DNA of 64,000 nucleotides from the NCBI RefSeq assembly GCF_000002075.1, contig NW_004797935.1:286929-350928 (forward strand), written 5' to 3'. A program made the translations under genes and the position numbers. Of the stretch, positions 63,588 to 64,000 are shown piece after piece. Numbering within the stretch: position 1 is the first letter of the stretch; each line of letters begins with the position of its first letter. The stretch is from Aplysia californica (Eukaryota). Below the pieces are notes generated by a model. The model was not told where the DNA came from. It worked only from the letters and a program-made list of their open reading frames with translations, and did no database searches.

Positions 63588-64000
63588 GTGAGTACTTCTT
63601 AGTTTAGTTTAGTGGGTCAGTACTTTTTATTTTAGTTCAGTAACTTGACCGCCCAGTGATGGCGCACTGGCTCACTGGCGATGCTTATCGCGACCCCAGT
63701 GCTTTCTTGTCGTATCTTCATTTTTTTTACACACTGAAAACAGCTCATAACAATGAATGAGCTTAAGAAGATGTCACATTTTCATAAGAAAGAGTGAGTG
63801 TGTGTGTGTGTGAGGGATGTGGGTTGCTACAGATTACCAATCTCCCACCCCATTTGAAAATCCAGTTAGCAGCAACCTCCGCCTAACAGCAACAAAGGCT
63901 TACTTCTCCAGAGGGTTGCTGTAACTTTAAGGCAGACAGGACACCACTGTAGGTTTACTTATTGGGGCTATGACAATGTATATGCTACACCTAACGACAT

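Overview
Intron-rich, repeat-rich invertebrate genomic DNA with nine N-gaps; the SINE/MITE types suggest a mollusc, probably a gastropod (inference only). Four spliced protein-coding genes were reconstructed by hand from GT-AG junctions and phase continuity: (1) UTP14 (+, 1290-20128, 13 exons, ~725 aa); (2) an uncharacterised ~421-aa protein with an N-terminal hydrophobic anchor and an RDHSYG..RDW motif (-, 32027-21768, 9 exons); (3) an intact, probably mitochondrial ornithine carbamoyltransferase paralogue (-, 53521-38212, 11 exons, ~429 aa) that has lost most carbamoyl-phosphate- and ornithine-binding residues, i.e. a candidate pseudoenzyme; (4) a strongly diverged eEF2 paralogue (+, from 54192, running off the window) altered at several regulatory sites and carrying a 45-bp in-frame tandem array of splice acceptors. 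Genes 3 and 4 are head-to-head, with ATGs about 670 bp apart. This pair is the best candidate for an undescribed system. Introns hold many non-autonomous DNA transposons (hAT, piggyBac, PIF/Harbinger, Tc1/mariner, MULE-like, unclassified 6-bp-TSD), three tRNA-derived SINE families, LINE-type 3' tails, a 203-bp tandem array and microsatellites. No rRNA, true tRNA or CRISPR array was found. Comparisons with human proteins are from memory of those sequences, not from a search.
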